Part shown: piece by piece, positions 27,233-36,121 of the stretch
Numbering within the stretch: position 1 is the stretch's first letter
Layout: every line of letters begins with the position of its first letter
DNA from: an uncultured Gammaproteobacteria bacterium
GTDB taxonomy: Bacteria > Patescibacteriota > Microgenomatia > Levybacterales > UBA12049
Direction: 5' to 3'
Assembly: GCA_964540925.1 (NCBI GenBank)
Contig: CAZIOR010000003.1
Coordinates: forward strand, 9,634 to 50,083
Length of the DNA: 40,450 nt
Position numbers and translations under genes: made by a program
The notes under the pieces: generated by a model
Database searches by the model: none
What the model was told of the DNA's origin: nothing
Seen by the model: only the letters and a program-made list of their open reading frames with translations

Positions 27233-28099
27233 TTATTTAAGATATCTAAGTACTGCAAGAAAACTTGAAAAAATCCCTAGAATAATTGCTATCAAAATTT
27301 CTAATCCTAAAAGCGCAAGTAAATCAATATATGAAACAGGTAAAACAGGAATTCCTTTTAAGAATGACTCTAAAAATGGAGTTGCATAAATAAGTACCCC
27401 AGCTGCTGTCATCCAACCTACTAGAGCTCCAAATACACCATAAAATATTCCCTCAATTACAAAAGGCCACCTAATATACCATCTACCAGCTCCAATAAGT
27501 CTCATTATTTCAATATCTTCTTTTTTATGAGAAATCTTAATGCCAATTATTGTAACCATAATAAAGACTGAAACAGCAGATAGTAAAATTACCAAAGCGA
27601 GTCCAATTTTTCTAATTGCGTTTGTCCATGAAGTTAAAGCTGAAACTACATCTTTTTGATAAATTACTTGAGAAATAATACTAGATTTTTGTAAATCTTT
27701 AGAAATCTCTTCTAATTGACTCAGGTCTATTGCTGAGATCTCAAAAGATGCTGGTAAGACATCAGCTGTAACTAGGTCTAAAAGTAAGGGATCGTTTTTG
27801 TTTTGCTCTTTATAAATTTTCAACGCATCTTCTTTACTTACATATTTTATCGCTGCAACTTTTCCTGATCTAGACAAAGTGTTTTCTAATTCATTTATTT
27901 GCTCCTGAGATGCTTCATTTTTGAAAAAGGCAGTTACTTGAGGCTTAGACTCAAAAAAATTCACGATTTTAGAAGACCCAAATAACATAAACACAAAAAA
28001 TGAGATAACTAAAAAGGTCAAAGACATAATAAGTATCGCAGCTAATGCTTGATATGGTGATCTTCTAATATTTTTCCAGGCTGTTTTTGCAAATTTCAT
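27233..28099 (-). CDS. ftsX: Cell-division ABC transporter permease-like protein FtsX
   Basis: 288 aa: TM1, a roughly 100-aa extracytoplasmic domain, then 3 TM. N-terminus KNIRRSPYQALAAILIMSLTF. ATGA overlap with ftsE. Confidence 0.85.
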   Translation of the reverse strand: MKFAKTAWKNIRRSPYQALAAILIMSLTFLVISFFVFMLFGSSKIVNFFESKPQVTAFFKNEASQEQINELENTLSRSGKVAAIKYVSKEDALKIYKEQNKNDPLLLDLVTADVLPASFEISAIDLSQLEEISKDLQKSSIISQVIYQKDVVSALTSWTNAIRKIGLALVILLSAVSVFIMVTIIGIKISHKKEDIEIMRLIGAGRWYIRWPFVIEGIFYGVFGALVGWMTAAGVLIYATPFLESFLKGIPVLPVSYIDLLALLGLEILIAIILGIFSSFLAVLRYLK

Positions 28100-28869
28100 T
28101 TATCTTTTTCCTCCTTTTCTTCTTTTTCTATTTTTTCAGATTTAACTATTTCCTCTTCTGCTTTTTGATCTTCGTTTTTTTCTTCTTTATGATGAGATCC
28201 GCCGTGTTTTTTCTCATCTTTTATAATTTTACCTTTTTCTAATTGAACAACTCTTTTATGTAAATTTTTAATAATATCTGCATTGTGAGTTGCCATAATA
28301 ATGGTTGTGCCTTTACTGTTTATATCTGACAAGATTTTTACTATTTCCCAAGATGTTGCAGTGTCTAAATTTCCAGTTGGCTCATCTGCTAAAAGAATGT
28401 CTGGTGACAAAATTAATGCCCTAGCAATAGCTGCTCTTTGTAATTCTCCACCCGATAATTGAATTGGGAATTTATCTCTATGCTCTAAAAGCCCAACTTG
28501 CTTAAGAACGTCTTCTACTTTTAATTTAGAATCATTCGATTTTGTACCGGAAATCTCAAGAGGAAGTACTACATTCTCAAAAATTGTTCTATCTGGAAGG
28601 AGCTTTAAGTCCTGAAAAATTACTCCAATCATTTTACGCAAATTGGATAATTTACCGCCATTTAACTTAGATATATCTACGTTTTCTACTAAAACACTTC
28701 CTTGAGTAGGTGAAGTATCACGAATAATAAGTCTTAATAATGTGGTTTTTCCTGATCCAGTTGTTCCAACCAAAAAAACAAACTCTCCCTTTTCAACTTC
28801 AAGAGTTACATCTGACAAACCAAAAACTCCTGTTCCAAATTTTTTTGATACCTTATCTAATTTGATCAT
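28096..28869 (-). CDS. ftsE: Cell-division ATP-binding protein FtsE, with a 40-aa Lys/Glu-rich C-terminal tail
   Basis: Walker A GTTGSGKTT, Q-loop, signature LSGGELQR, Walker B ILLADEPTGNLD and H-loop ATHN. The tail is ...HGGSHHKEEKNEDQKAEEEIVKSEKIEKEEKEEKDK. Confidence 0.88.
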   Translation of the reverse strand: MIKLDKVSKKFGTGVFGLSDVTLEVEKGEFVFLVGTTGSGKTTLLRLIIRDTSPTQGSVLVENVDISKLNGGKLSNLRKMIGVIFQDLKLLPDRTIFENVVLPLEISGTKSNDSKLKVEDVLKQVGLLEHRDKFPIQLSGGELQRAAIARALILSPDILLADEPTGNLDTATSWEIVKILSDINSKGTTIIMATHNADIIKNLHKRVVQLEKGKIIKDEKKHGGSHHKEEKNEDQKAEEEIVKSEKIEKEEKEEKDK

Positions 28870-29337
28870 TTACAAAACTTGTAGCCTACCAACATCCATT
28901 AACCAACCTGCGTGTTGCGCATCATGGGTTTGACCCCAAACTTTTACTTTTCTACCAATATATTGAGAAAAATCGATATTAGAAGATGTTATGTAAACAT
29001 TTTGACTATCCCCGCCTGGCCTTTCTAGATGATGAGTACCCTCTCCTTCAACTCCACCCTCTTTTAAGACACCCTCTGCAATATTGTTATATGTTTTTGT
29101 ATCATCTGAACCAACAATTGTTCCTGTCTTAGCACCTGATGTAATTGATCCAGTAATACTAGCTATGCCTCTTGAACCTTTAGAGCCACCAGAAAGAACA
29201 TATCCTGTACCAATTCCAAATACAACAACTAGAATTAAAAGCACGATAATTTTAGGGGTATACAAGCTTTTCATATTATTTTTTTCAAAATTTTTAACTA
29301 ATGGCTGAGCATTGTCCACTGTGGATTCTTTTTCCAT
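28870..29337 (-). CDS. Hypothetical membrane-anchored protein (155 aa)
   Basis: One TM (IIVLLILVVVFGIGTGYVL), a Gly/Ser-rich linker and a small C-terminal domain. Perfect SD AGGAGGTGA (29355-29347) lies 9 nt before the ATG. Confidence 0.6.
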   Translation of the reverse strand: MEKESTVDNAQPLVKNFEKNNMKSLYTPKIIVLLILVVVFGIGTGYVLSGGSKGSRGIASITGSITSGAKTGTIVGSDDTKTYNNIAEGVLKEGGVEGEGTHHLERPGGDSQNVYITSSNIDFSQYIGRKVKVWGQTHDAQHAGWLMDVGRLQVL

Positions 29338-29392
29338 TAAAACAATTCACCTCCTACTCTAGTAAACCATATTTTCGAGTTTTTATCAACCT

Positions 29393-30397
29393 TTATAAGC
29401 TTCGAATCTCTGCTTCCAAAAACCCATCTAAATCTCCATCTAAAACACCCTCCGCATCTGAGGCCTCAAAATTAGTACGCAAATCTTTAACCATTTTATA
29501 TGGATGCAGGACATATGATCTTATTTGATTTCCCCAACCAGGCGTTTTATATCCACCCTTCAAAGATGCCTCCTGCTTTTTTCTTTCCTCTTCTTTTAAT
29601 AGCCATAATTTAGCCTTGAGCATTTTTAATGCATACTCTCTATTTTTACCCTGATATCTTTCACCCTGAGCTGTAACAACTATTCCGCTAGGAATATGTT
29701 TTAGTCTGACAGCAGTTGAAACTTTATTAACGTTTTGTCCTCCGTGACCACCGCTTCTGAAAAAATCCCATTCTAACTCTTCTTCTTTAATATCGATACT
29801 CATGTCTTCTTCAATATCTGGCAAAACCTCAACCAGAGCAAATGACGTTTGCCGTAAGTTATCAGCATTAAATGGAGATTGTCTAACTAATCTATGTGTT
29901 CCCGCCTCATGCTTTAAGAAACCATAAGCAAATTCTGCTGATATTTCTAAAGTTACACTTTTTAAACCTGCTTCCTCACCAGAATTTTCTTCAACTATGG
30001 AAAATGTCCAACCTCTTTTTTCACAAAGCCTGGAATACATTCTTAAAAGCATGCCGGCCCAATCCATTGCTTCAACTCCGCCTTGACCTGAGTGAATAGA
30101 TAAAATTGCTCCTGCTTTATCATATTCTCCCGAAAAAAAGAGGTAATTTTCTAAACTATCAACAAGATCTTCAAGTTCCTTTGACTCTCCTTGCTTTACA
30201 AGTTCTGATAATAACTCAAAGTCTGCAATTTCTTTTTGCAAGCTTGCAAGCTCTTTCATTTTTTCAGAAGCCTTTTGATTATCTTGCCAAAAATTTGACT
30301 GCATTGATTCAGCTTCGATTTCTCTTTGTTTTTGCCTCTTGGCTTCAACGTCAACCTTTTCTAAAATTTTATTTGCTCGATCAATTAAATTTTCCAT
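29393..30397 (-). CDS. prfB: Peptide chain release factor 2 (single ORF, no programmed frameshift)
   Basis: Trimmed to MENLIDRANK... (ATG 30397). SPF tripeptide (RQSPFNADN) and GGQ (SGGHGGQNVNKVSTAVRL). The N-terminus aligns to RF2 without an in-frame UGA. Confidence 0.9.
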   Translation of the reverse strand: MENLIDRANKILEKVDVEAKRQKQREIEAESMQSNFWQDNQKASEKMKELASLQKEIADFELLSELVKQGESKELEDLVDSLENYLFFSGEYDKAGAILSIHSGQGGVEAMDWAGMLLRMYSRLCEKRGWTFSIVEENSGEEAGLKSVTLEISAEFAYGFLKHEAGTHRLVRQSPFNADNLRQTSFALVEVLPDIEEDMSIDIKEEELEWDFFRSGGHGGQNVNKVSTAVRLKHIPSGIVVTAQGERYQGKNREYALKMLKAKLWLLKEEERKKQEASLKGGYKTPGWGNQIRSYVLHPYKMVKDLRTNFEASDAEGVLDGDLDGFLEAEIRSL

Positions 30398-30399
30398 AT

Positions 30400-31662
30400 C
30401 TAGAGAATATATGATAGCAGAAGAAATAATCCACACAAGATCATAATTACAGTTATACCCCAACCAAATATATTTGAGAATCTAGTATTTATTCTTTCAC
30501 CCATTATTTTCTTATTATTTGAAATCCTCATAATTAAAATAAGCAATATCGGAGCACATAATCCATTCAAAACAGCTGACCAATATAGCATTTCAAATGG
30601 CTTAATTGGTAAAAAGCCCACAATTAACCCGAAAATTGTGGCTAGCGCAATTACTAAATAAAAAGCTTTTGCTTGCGAAAACCTTTTACCCAAACCTTCT
30701 TTCCAACCGAATGCTTCGGAAATTGCATAAGATGCACTACCGGCTAAAATTGGAATTGCCAAAAGACCTGTTCCAATAATACCCGCAGCAAAAAGTAAAA
30801 ATGCAAAATCACCAGCTAAAGGTCTTAGTGCTACTGCTGCCTGGTCTGCAGTCGTTATATTTTTAATACCATGCACATTAAGAGTTGAAGCCGTAGTTAT
30901 TATAATTGCAAGCATTACTAAATTAGAAAAAAACATCCCTATTACAGTATCTAATCTAAGTTTTTTTATATCTCCTTTGCTAATATGAGGTTTACCCCTA
31001 CCCATACTGGCAATTTTATGATTTTGTATTTCTTCCTCTACTTCCTCATCTGCTTGCCAGAAAAAAAGATAAGGAGAAATTGTAGTTCCTAGTATCGCAA
31101 CAATATTTAAAATATATTCTTTGGAAAAAGAAATATTTGGAATAACAATTGATTTTAAAATCTTAAACCAATCTTGCTTAACAATAAAAACTGTGATGAT
31201 GTATGAAAAAAGAGAAAATGTTAAATATTTTAGTATTTTTGCATATGTTGGATAAGGAACAAATATTTCCAATATTAAGGTTAAAGCAGTAATAGCTCCT
31301 ATCCAAAAAATAAACGGCAGATCAATAATTAATTTAGCGCTTGCTGCCATTGCTCCAAGATCTGCCCCGATATTGATCGTATTTGCAAAAAATAAAATGA
31401 AAACTGCAATATATAAAATCCATTTTGAATAATGAATTTTAATAACCCTTGCTAAACCTGATCCCGTAACTAAACCAATTCTTCCACAAATCTCCTGAAT
31501 AACTGCCATAAAGGGAAAAGAAAAAAGAGCTGTCCATGCTTGTGAATAACCAAACAAAGAACCAGCTTGAGAATATGTTGCTATACCTGAGGGGTCATCA
31601 TCTGCAGCTCCTGTAATAAATCCCGGACCAAGTAGTTTTAATAATTTCTTAATCTTTTGCAT
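30400..31662 (-). CDS. mntH: NRAMP-family divalent metal cation transporter
   Basis: GPGFITGAADDDPSGIATYSQAG... is the conserved Nramp N-terminal motif. 420 aa, about 11 TM. Confidence 0.8.
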   Translation of the reverse strand: MQKIKKLLKLLGPGFITGAADDDPSGIATYSQAGSLFGYSQAWTALFSFPFMAVIQEICGRIGLVTGSGLARVIKIHYSKWILYIAVFILFFANTINIGADLGAMAASAKLIIDLPFIFWIGAITALTLILEIFVPYPTYAKILKYLTFSLFSYIITVFIVKQDWFKILKSIVIPNISFSKEYILNIVAILGTTISPYLFFWQADEEVEEEIQNHKIASMGRGKPHISKGDIKKLRLDTVIGMFFSNLVMLAIIITTASTLNVHGIKNITTADQAAVALRPLAGDFAFLLFAAGIIGTGLLAIPILAGSASYAISEAFGWKEGLGKRFSQAKAFYLVIALATIFGLIVGFLPIKPFEMLYWSAVLNGLCAPILLILIMRISNNKKIMGERINTRFSNIFGWGITVIMILCGLFLLLSYIL

Positions 31663-32039
31663 TAAAGTTTATTGCAAATATTATCGCAAACATTTTTTAT
31701 CTCGTTTTTAGGTAGATTTTGTAAAGACTTTAAATCGTTTAAGATTTTTTGCACTTGAGGAGATGAAGATGCGACCTCTACGACATCTAAATTGTTAGCT
31801 TGTGTTTGCAAATCTTCAATAGTCTTCCTAACATTATTTGAAATATCTTGAGTTGAAATTCCCTTTACCTGAGGAAGATCTACCTTAGTCTTAGGAGCGG
31901 GCTTATACGTTTCACCTAATATCATAGACTTAGCATTTACTAAAACTATTAGCAACACTACTAGGCCTACTGCAAATAAAAAGATCTTTTTTTTATCCCA
32001 ATCTATCTCTGGTTTTTTCTCTTTTTTGTTTTGTGGCAT
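31662..32039 (-). CDS. Hypothetical membrane-anchored protein (125 aa), first gene of the long minus-strand array
   Basis: N-terminal Lys-rich segment, one TM (IFLFAVGLVVLLIVLV) and an extracytoplasmic helical tail. TAATG overlap with the Nramp gene. Confidence 0.5.
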   Translation of the reverse strand: MPQNKKEKKPEIDWDKKKIFLFAVGLVVLLIVLVNAKSMILGETYKPAPKTKVDLPQVKGISTQDISNNVRKTIEDLQTQANNLDVVEVASSSPQVQKILNDLKSLQNLPKNEIKNVCDNICNKL

Positions 32040-32045
32040 ACAGCA

Positions 32046-32092
32046 ATTGTACCAAGTTAGCTTACATTTGCAAATTAAACAAATGCTATAAT
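32046..32092. promoter_or_regulatory. Divergent promoters for the 125-aa/Nramp/prfB array (minus) and uppP (plus)
   Basis: Minus strand: TTGCAA (32073-32068), 16 nt including TGg, TACAAT (32051-32046), then 6 nt to ATG 32039. Plus strand: TGcTATAAT (32084-32092), then 6 nt to GTG 32099. Confidence 0.45.
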
Positions 32093-32098
32093 CAGTTT

Positions 32099-32872
32099 GT
32101 GGATATACTTCATGTAATTATTCTTTCTATCGTTGAGGGTATCTCAGAATTTCTTCCTATCTCATCAACAGGACATCTAATTATTACTTCAGAGATATTA
32201 AAAATTCCCCAGTCAAATTTTGTAAAAGATTTTGAAATATTTATTCAACTAGGTGCAATTCTGGCTGTAGTAGTTTTATATTTTAAATCTTTTATTCAAA
32301 GCAAGATAATTTGGCAAAAAGTTTTAGCAGCATTTTTACCAACTGCAATTATTGGATTTTTACTTTTTAAATTTATAAAAAATTATCTATTAGGTAATTT
32401 ATATATTACTTTAATATCTTTACTCGTTGGAGGTATTTTGTTAATTATTTTAGAATTAATTCATAAAGAAAAAGATCATCATGTAGATAAAATTGAAGAA
32501 ATTTCATTTAAAAATGCTTTTATCATAGGTATTGCCCAAGCACTTGCAGTAATACCTGGAGTATCAAGATCTGCAGCTACAATAATTTCAGCTCTTTTTC
32601 TGGGTACAAAAAGAAAAGCTGCTGCCGAGTTTTCCTTTTTACTAGCAGTACCAACTATGCTTGCAGCAACAACACTTGATTTAGCAAAGGCCAATTTTAA
32701 TTATTCAAACGCTGAATGGATTTCTCTTTTAGTAGGATTCATTGGCTCATTTATCACAGCACTTATTATTATTAAATGGTTTTTAAAATATATTCAAAAA
32801 CATTCATTTATTTCATTTGGAATTTACAGAATAGTAATTGCAATTATTTTCTGGCTTCTTCTAATTAAATAA
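32099..32872 (+). CDS. uppP: Undecaprenyl-diphosphate phosphatase (BacA/UppP)
   Basis: IILSIVEGISEFLPISSTGHLII and PGVSRSAATI are UppP signatures. The ORF-track start 32033 (GTG) would overlap the divergent gene, so I moved the start to GTG 32099, directly after the -10 box. The start is uncertain. Confidence 0.85.
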   Translation: MDILHVIILSIVEGISEFLPISSTGHLIITSEILKIPQSNFVKDFEIFIQLGAILAVVVLYFKSFIQSKIIWQKVLAAFLPTAIIGFLLFKFIKNYLLGNLYITLISLLVGGILLIILELIHKEKDHHVDKIEEISFKNAFIIGIAQALAVIPGVSRSAATIISALFLGTKRKAAAEFSFLLAVPTMLAATTLDLAKANFNYSNAEWISLLVGFIGSFITALIIIKWFLKYIQKHSFISFGIYRIVIAIIFWLLLIK

Positions 32873-33174
32873 TGACCATATTTGAAAAAATATATTCTTT
32901 TGTAGAAAAAATACCACATGGCAAAATCTCTACCTACCAAGTCTTAGCAAGACTTGCTAAAACTGATCCGAGAATTGTTGGCTTTGCTCTGCATGCAAAT
33001 AAAAAACCTCAACAAATTCCCTGTCATAGAGTTGTAAACTCTAAAGGTAAATTGTCTAAGGGCTATGCTTTTGGTGGAATTACAAAGCAAAGAGAAATAT
33101 TAGAAAATGAAGGAATAATATTTACTAATGATGTAATTAATTTAAAAAAGTTTGAATATAAATTTAACCTTTAA
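32872..33174 (+). CDS. MGMT-family protein: DNA-binding/active-site domain only, catalytic Cys retained
   Basis: 100 aa with IPHGKISTYQVLA and the IPCHRVV (PCHR) active-site motif. There is no N-terminal Ada/Ogt domain. Confidence 0.75.
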   Translation: MTIFEKIYSFVEKIPHGKISTYQVLARLAKTDPRIVGFALHANKKPQQIPCHRVVNSKGKLSKGYAFGGITKQREILENEGIIFTNDVINLKKFEYKFNL

Positions 33175-33490
33175 CTTCTTTAATATCACTTAATAATTCT
33201 TCTAAAGCTTTGGCTGCAGTTTTTTTCACTAAAACTTCAACATCTTTTATCTTGGAACTTAAATGTTGCCAAGTCTGATCATGATCTTCTGTTGCAAGAT
33301 TTTTGAGAAAAGTTTTCTTATCTTCTTCAGATAAATTATCTAACACATTTGCAACAACGGTACTGTGAATATTAGCCTCAGCTAAAGACAAAAGATGTAT
33401 TCTTTCTTTACTGTCGATATTTAACTCAGCAATTTCTAAAGTTAAACTAGAAGTTTCTATAATGTGTGAATAAAAATGTTTTTGTTTCAT
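33164..33490 (-). CDS. Hypothetical helical protein (108 aa)
   Basis: ORF only, with tight 2-nt spacing to the upstream gene. No family recognised. Confidence 0.45.
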   Translation of the reverse strand: MKQKHFYSHIIETSSLTLEIAELNIDSKERIHLLSLAEANIHSTVVANVLDNLSEEDKKTFLKNLATEDHDQTWQHLSSKIKDVEVLVKKTAAKALEELLSDIKEVKG

Positions 33491-33492
33491 AA

Positions 33493-34365
33493 TTATAAAT
33501 TAATTGGCCCTAAAGGAATTTCATTATTTGGGTCATCAATAAAATAATACAATACTGGCCCCTTTTGAGCACCATCAACTCTTTCAAGATAGCGCATTAC
33601 CTCAGGAGATCCTCCTAATTGCTTTTTTGTCCATTTGGCTGGACCAGAATCGGCGATATCGGCAACAATCGCTTTTCCATTTTGAGGATTAACAACTAGC
33701 ATTTTTCGGTATTTAAAAAATTCTATATATTCCCTAACGTGTTCTGAAAAACCAGGTGCCAAAAATGTCTGCACTGCTATATAATATTTTTCTCTATCAA
33801 CATCTTCCTTTGTCATTGATTCTTTAGAGTCTGCAAAATACCTCCATGCACCAAGACCAGGAGCCATCCCATAATCCCAATATTTATTAGCATCATCTGT
33901 TGTTTCAAAATGAGTAAACATTGTATCTCCTGGAAACCTGGCCAAATGTTGTTCTTGTCCTATGTATCCATATGACGTGTTTAATCTTATCCCAGATAGC
34001 TCAGGTGAAACTTTCAAGTTAAAATTTCTAGACAATATATCTCCTACTTTCTGCTCCTCTTCGCTTGTTAAAGGACGAACTTCATTAGGTAAAATGTTTT
34101 TTAGATCATAAATTAAAAATACTTTCTTATCTATATTTTGCTCAGACGCTGAATTTGTAGCATAAAAGCTAGTTTTAATTTGAGGAATTATTGGAGTTGA
34201 TAATAAAAATAACCCTGCAACCGAACCTACGGCTAATTGCTGGGAATTAGTGGTCAACCAATCAAAAACATTTCCATGCTTTTTAAAAATGTCTTTCTGA
34301 ATCTCCCTATGCTTATTTGTCCACTTATCAACTAAGTGTTTATATTGGTTACTTTTGGCAGGCAT
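33493..34365 (-). CDS. Hypothetical membrane-anchored protein; C-terminus weakly resembles an RlpA-like double-psi beta-barrel
   Basis: One TM (LAVGSVAGLFLLSTPII). The C-terminal KMLVVNPQNGKAIVADIADSGPAKWTKKQLGGSPEVMRYL resembles the RlpA pattern V-V-N-x-x-NGK-x-V-x-V-x-D-x-GP. The similarity is weak. Confidence 0.5.
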   Translation of the reverse strand: MPAKSNQYKHLVDKWTNKHREIQKDIFKKHGNVFDWLTTNSQQLAVGSVAGLFLLSTPIIPQIKTSFYATNSASEQNIDKKVFLIYDLKNILPNEVRPLTSEEEQKVGDILSRNFNLKVSPELSGIRLNTSYGYIGQEQHLARFPGDTMFTHFETTDDANKYWDYGMAPGLGAWRYFADSKESMTKEDVDREKYYIAVQTFLAPGFSEHVREYIEFFKYRKMLVVNPQNGKAIVADIADSGPAKWTKKQLGGSPEVMRYLERVDGAQKGPVLYYFIDDPNNEIPLGPINL

Positions 34366-34387
34366 ACATTAATAATAGCAAATTCAA

Positions 34388-36121
34388 TTAATTTTTGAAT
34401 TTGAAAATAAAATCATTATCTATTTGCTTCACAAATGTTAAATCATTTCTATTTTTTAACTTTGATATTACACCTTCACCGCTTATTTTAAGAGCTTTTT
34501 GCTTAAACAAAACATCATACTCAGTTTTGTTAACAATTAAATAGTTTACCTGCATTTGCTTTATTTTCTCTACAGATTTTGTGTTTGGGAAATTATAAAA
34601 AAGATACAAAGCATCTTCTTGCCACTTAGCTGGAGAGAAACCACTATAACCATTTACCGTTTTTCTAAAAGCAACGGTTGAATAATATTCCCTTTCAAGC
34701 TCCATAACCGAATTTGGGACATTCCAGTTATAAATCGGCATTTGAATATAAACAGAATCTTTTGGAATTGTATTTAACCAAGTATAAACTTTAGGGAAAT
34801 CTTTAGTCTCTTTAAGTGGATAGACTTTCATTGGAAAATTAAACTCTAAAACAATTCCTAAAATTAAAAACAATAACGTTATTTTTTTAGGCTTAATAAA
34901 TTTAGTTAAAAGAATCGCTATGGCAACCGCAAAACAAAACAAAAACATTATTTCCCACCGCTCACTATTCCTAAATCCTTTAAATCCTGGAATTAAATAA
35001 TAAAAAAGAGCATAAGGCAAAACTATTGGAAAGGGGTAATGAATTGTTTCTCTATTAATATGCAGCAATGGACCAAAGCTTAAAAGTAGACTAAAAATTC
35101 CTGTAAAAACTAAGCTATTAAAAAGATATTCTTTAATTCTAAATTTTCTTATAAATTTATAAATTAAAAACACAGACAGCAAAGAAAAGACTAAGCCGAT
35201 GTATCCATACTTTACTTCATCATATCTTGAATATTGTTTTAAATTTGAAATATTTAGCAAAACATTCTGCAATCTTGTTTGTTGATTCGGATAAATTAAA
35301 TCTTCAGGCTGAAGAGCAAAGTGAATTGTATCTCTAATATTTCTAGCAGCAGAATATTCATTGTAAACATCAAAATATGGTTTTATTAAAGGAATTAAAG
35401 TTAAAAAGCAAATAATTACTAACAGGAAATTAGTTTTATTGAAAAGTTTTTTAAATTTCTTTTTATTAGCTAAAAACAAAAAAATTACAAAAACACTATA
35501 AAATAAGAATAAGAAATATCCTGGCAAAAAACTGTTATATATCTGAAGATCAAAAAAAAGTAATGACAAAATTAAATATCTTTGCCTTAATGTTTTAATA
35601 AAAACTAAAAACATTAATATTGATAACGGAATCCATTGGATAGATAAAATTTGAATATGAACTTCTTTGTCTAAAAAGGCCGGAGAAAAAATCAATATTA
35701 ATCCTGAAATAAGTGATGCTAGGAAATTTTTAGTTAAATAAAATGATAATAAAAAAGTAAAAAATCCAACCATAAAAATGGATGATATTAAAGTAAAATT
35801 AACCAAAGCAATTGGGGAATTAAATATTTTTACAAGAGGTAGGGAAATTAACGAAGATGTAATAAAAATATCAGAATATGCGAGCGGATTTAAGTAAGGA
35901 TAATAAAACGTACCAACAAACAAATTCTGGGGATTTGTAAATAAAGAATTTATTACCCATTTAAATACGTATCCATGTAAAAGTTGATCTCCATAACTAG
36001 TTACCCCGTTAGATAAATGAAAAATTAGTGGATACGTTATATATATTGCAGAAAATAAAAAAATAAAAAACGAAAGAAAATAAAGATTAAAAAATCTTTT
36101 AATTAGATTTATTAAATTCAT
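34388..36121 (-). CDS. Polytopic membrane protein (577 aa), possible GT-C-fold glycosyltransferase
   Basis: About 12-14 TM plus a roughly 130-aa C-terminal soluble domain. The first loop has an acidic residue (SYGDQLLHG). Architecture only; no confident family call. It overlaps the serC 3' end by 23 nt. Confidence 0.55.
   Translation of the reverse strand: MNLINLIKRFFNLYFLSFFIFLFSAIYITYPLIFHLSNGVTSYGDQLLHGYVFKWVINSLFTNPQNLFVGTFYYPYLNPLAYSDIFITSSLISLPLVKIFNSPIALVNFTLISSIFMVGFFTFLLSFYLTKNFLASLISGLILIFSPAFLDKEVHIQILSIQWIPLSILMFLVFIKTLRQRYLILSLLFFDLQIYNSFLPGYFLFLFYSVFVIFLFLANKKKFKKLFNKTNFLLVIICFLTLIPLIKPYFDVYNEYSAARNIRDTIHFALQPEDLIYPNQQTRLQNVLLNISNLKQYSRYDEVKYGYIGLVFSLLSVFLIYKFIRKFRIKEYLFNSLVFTGIFSLLLSFGPLLHINRETIHYPFPIVLPYALFYYLIPGFKGFRNSERWEIMFLFCFAVAIAILLTKFIKPKKITLLFLILGIVLEFNFPMKVYPLKETKDFPKVYTWLNTIPKDSVYIQMPIYNWNVPNSVMELEREYYSTVAFRKTVNGYSGFSPAKWQEDALYLFYNFPNTKSVEKIKQMQVNYLIVNKTEYDVLFKQKALKISGEGVISKLKNRNDLTFVKQIDNDFIFKFKN

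Noticed and set aside
29393-30463. A programmed +1 frameshift site (CUU UGA C) in prfB, and the 22-codon N-terminal extension given in the ORF track.
   Set aside because: The RF2 N-terminus (MENLIDRANKILEKVDVEAKRQKQREIEAE...) is continuous in one frame with no in-frame UGA, so the gene is simply non-frameshifted. The extension upstream of ATG 30397 would overlap the Nramp gene and looks like read-through of the ORF caller.
810-32098. N-terminal extensions in the ORF track at 810, 3969, 9606, 13005, 20219, 21831, 24261, 24794, 27258 and 32033.
   Set aside because: Where I checked the codon, the track start is not ATG (TTG at 810, 13005, 20219 and 24794; GTG at 9606 and 32033). All ten extend through -10 boxes or into neighbouring genes. 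Downstream starts (ATG, or GTG 32099 for uppP) give family-typical N-termini and ATGA-type junctions.
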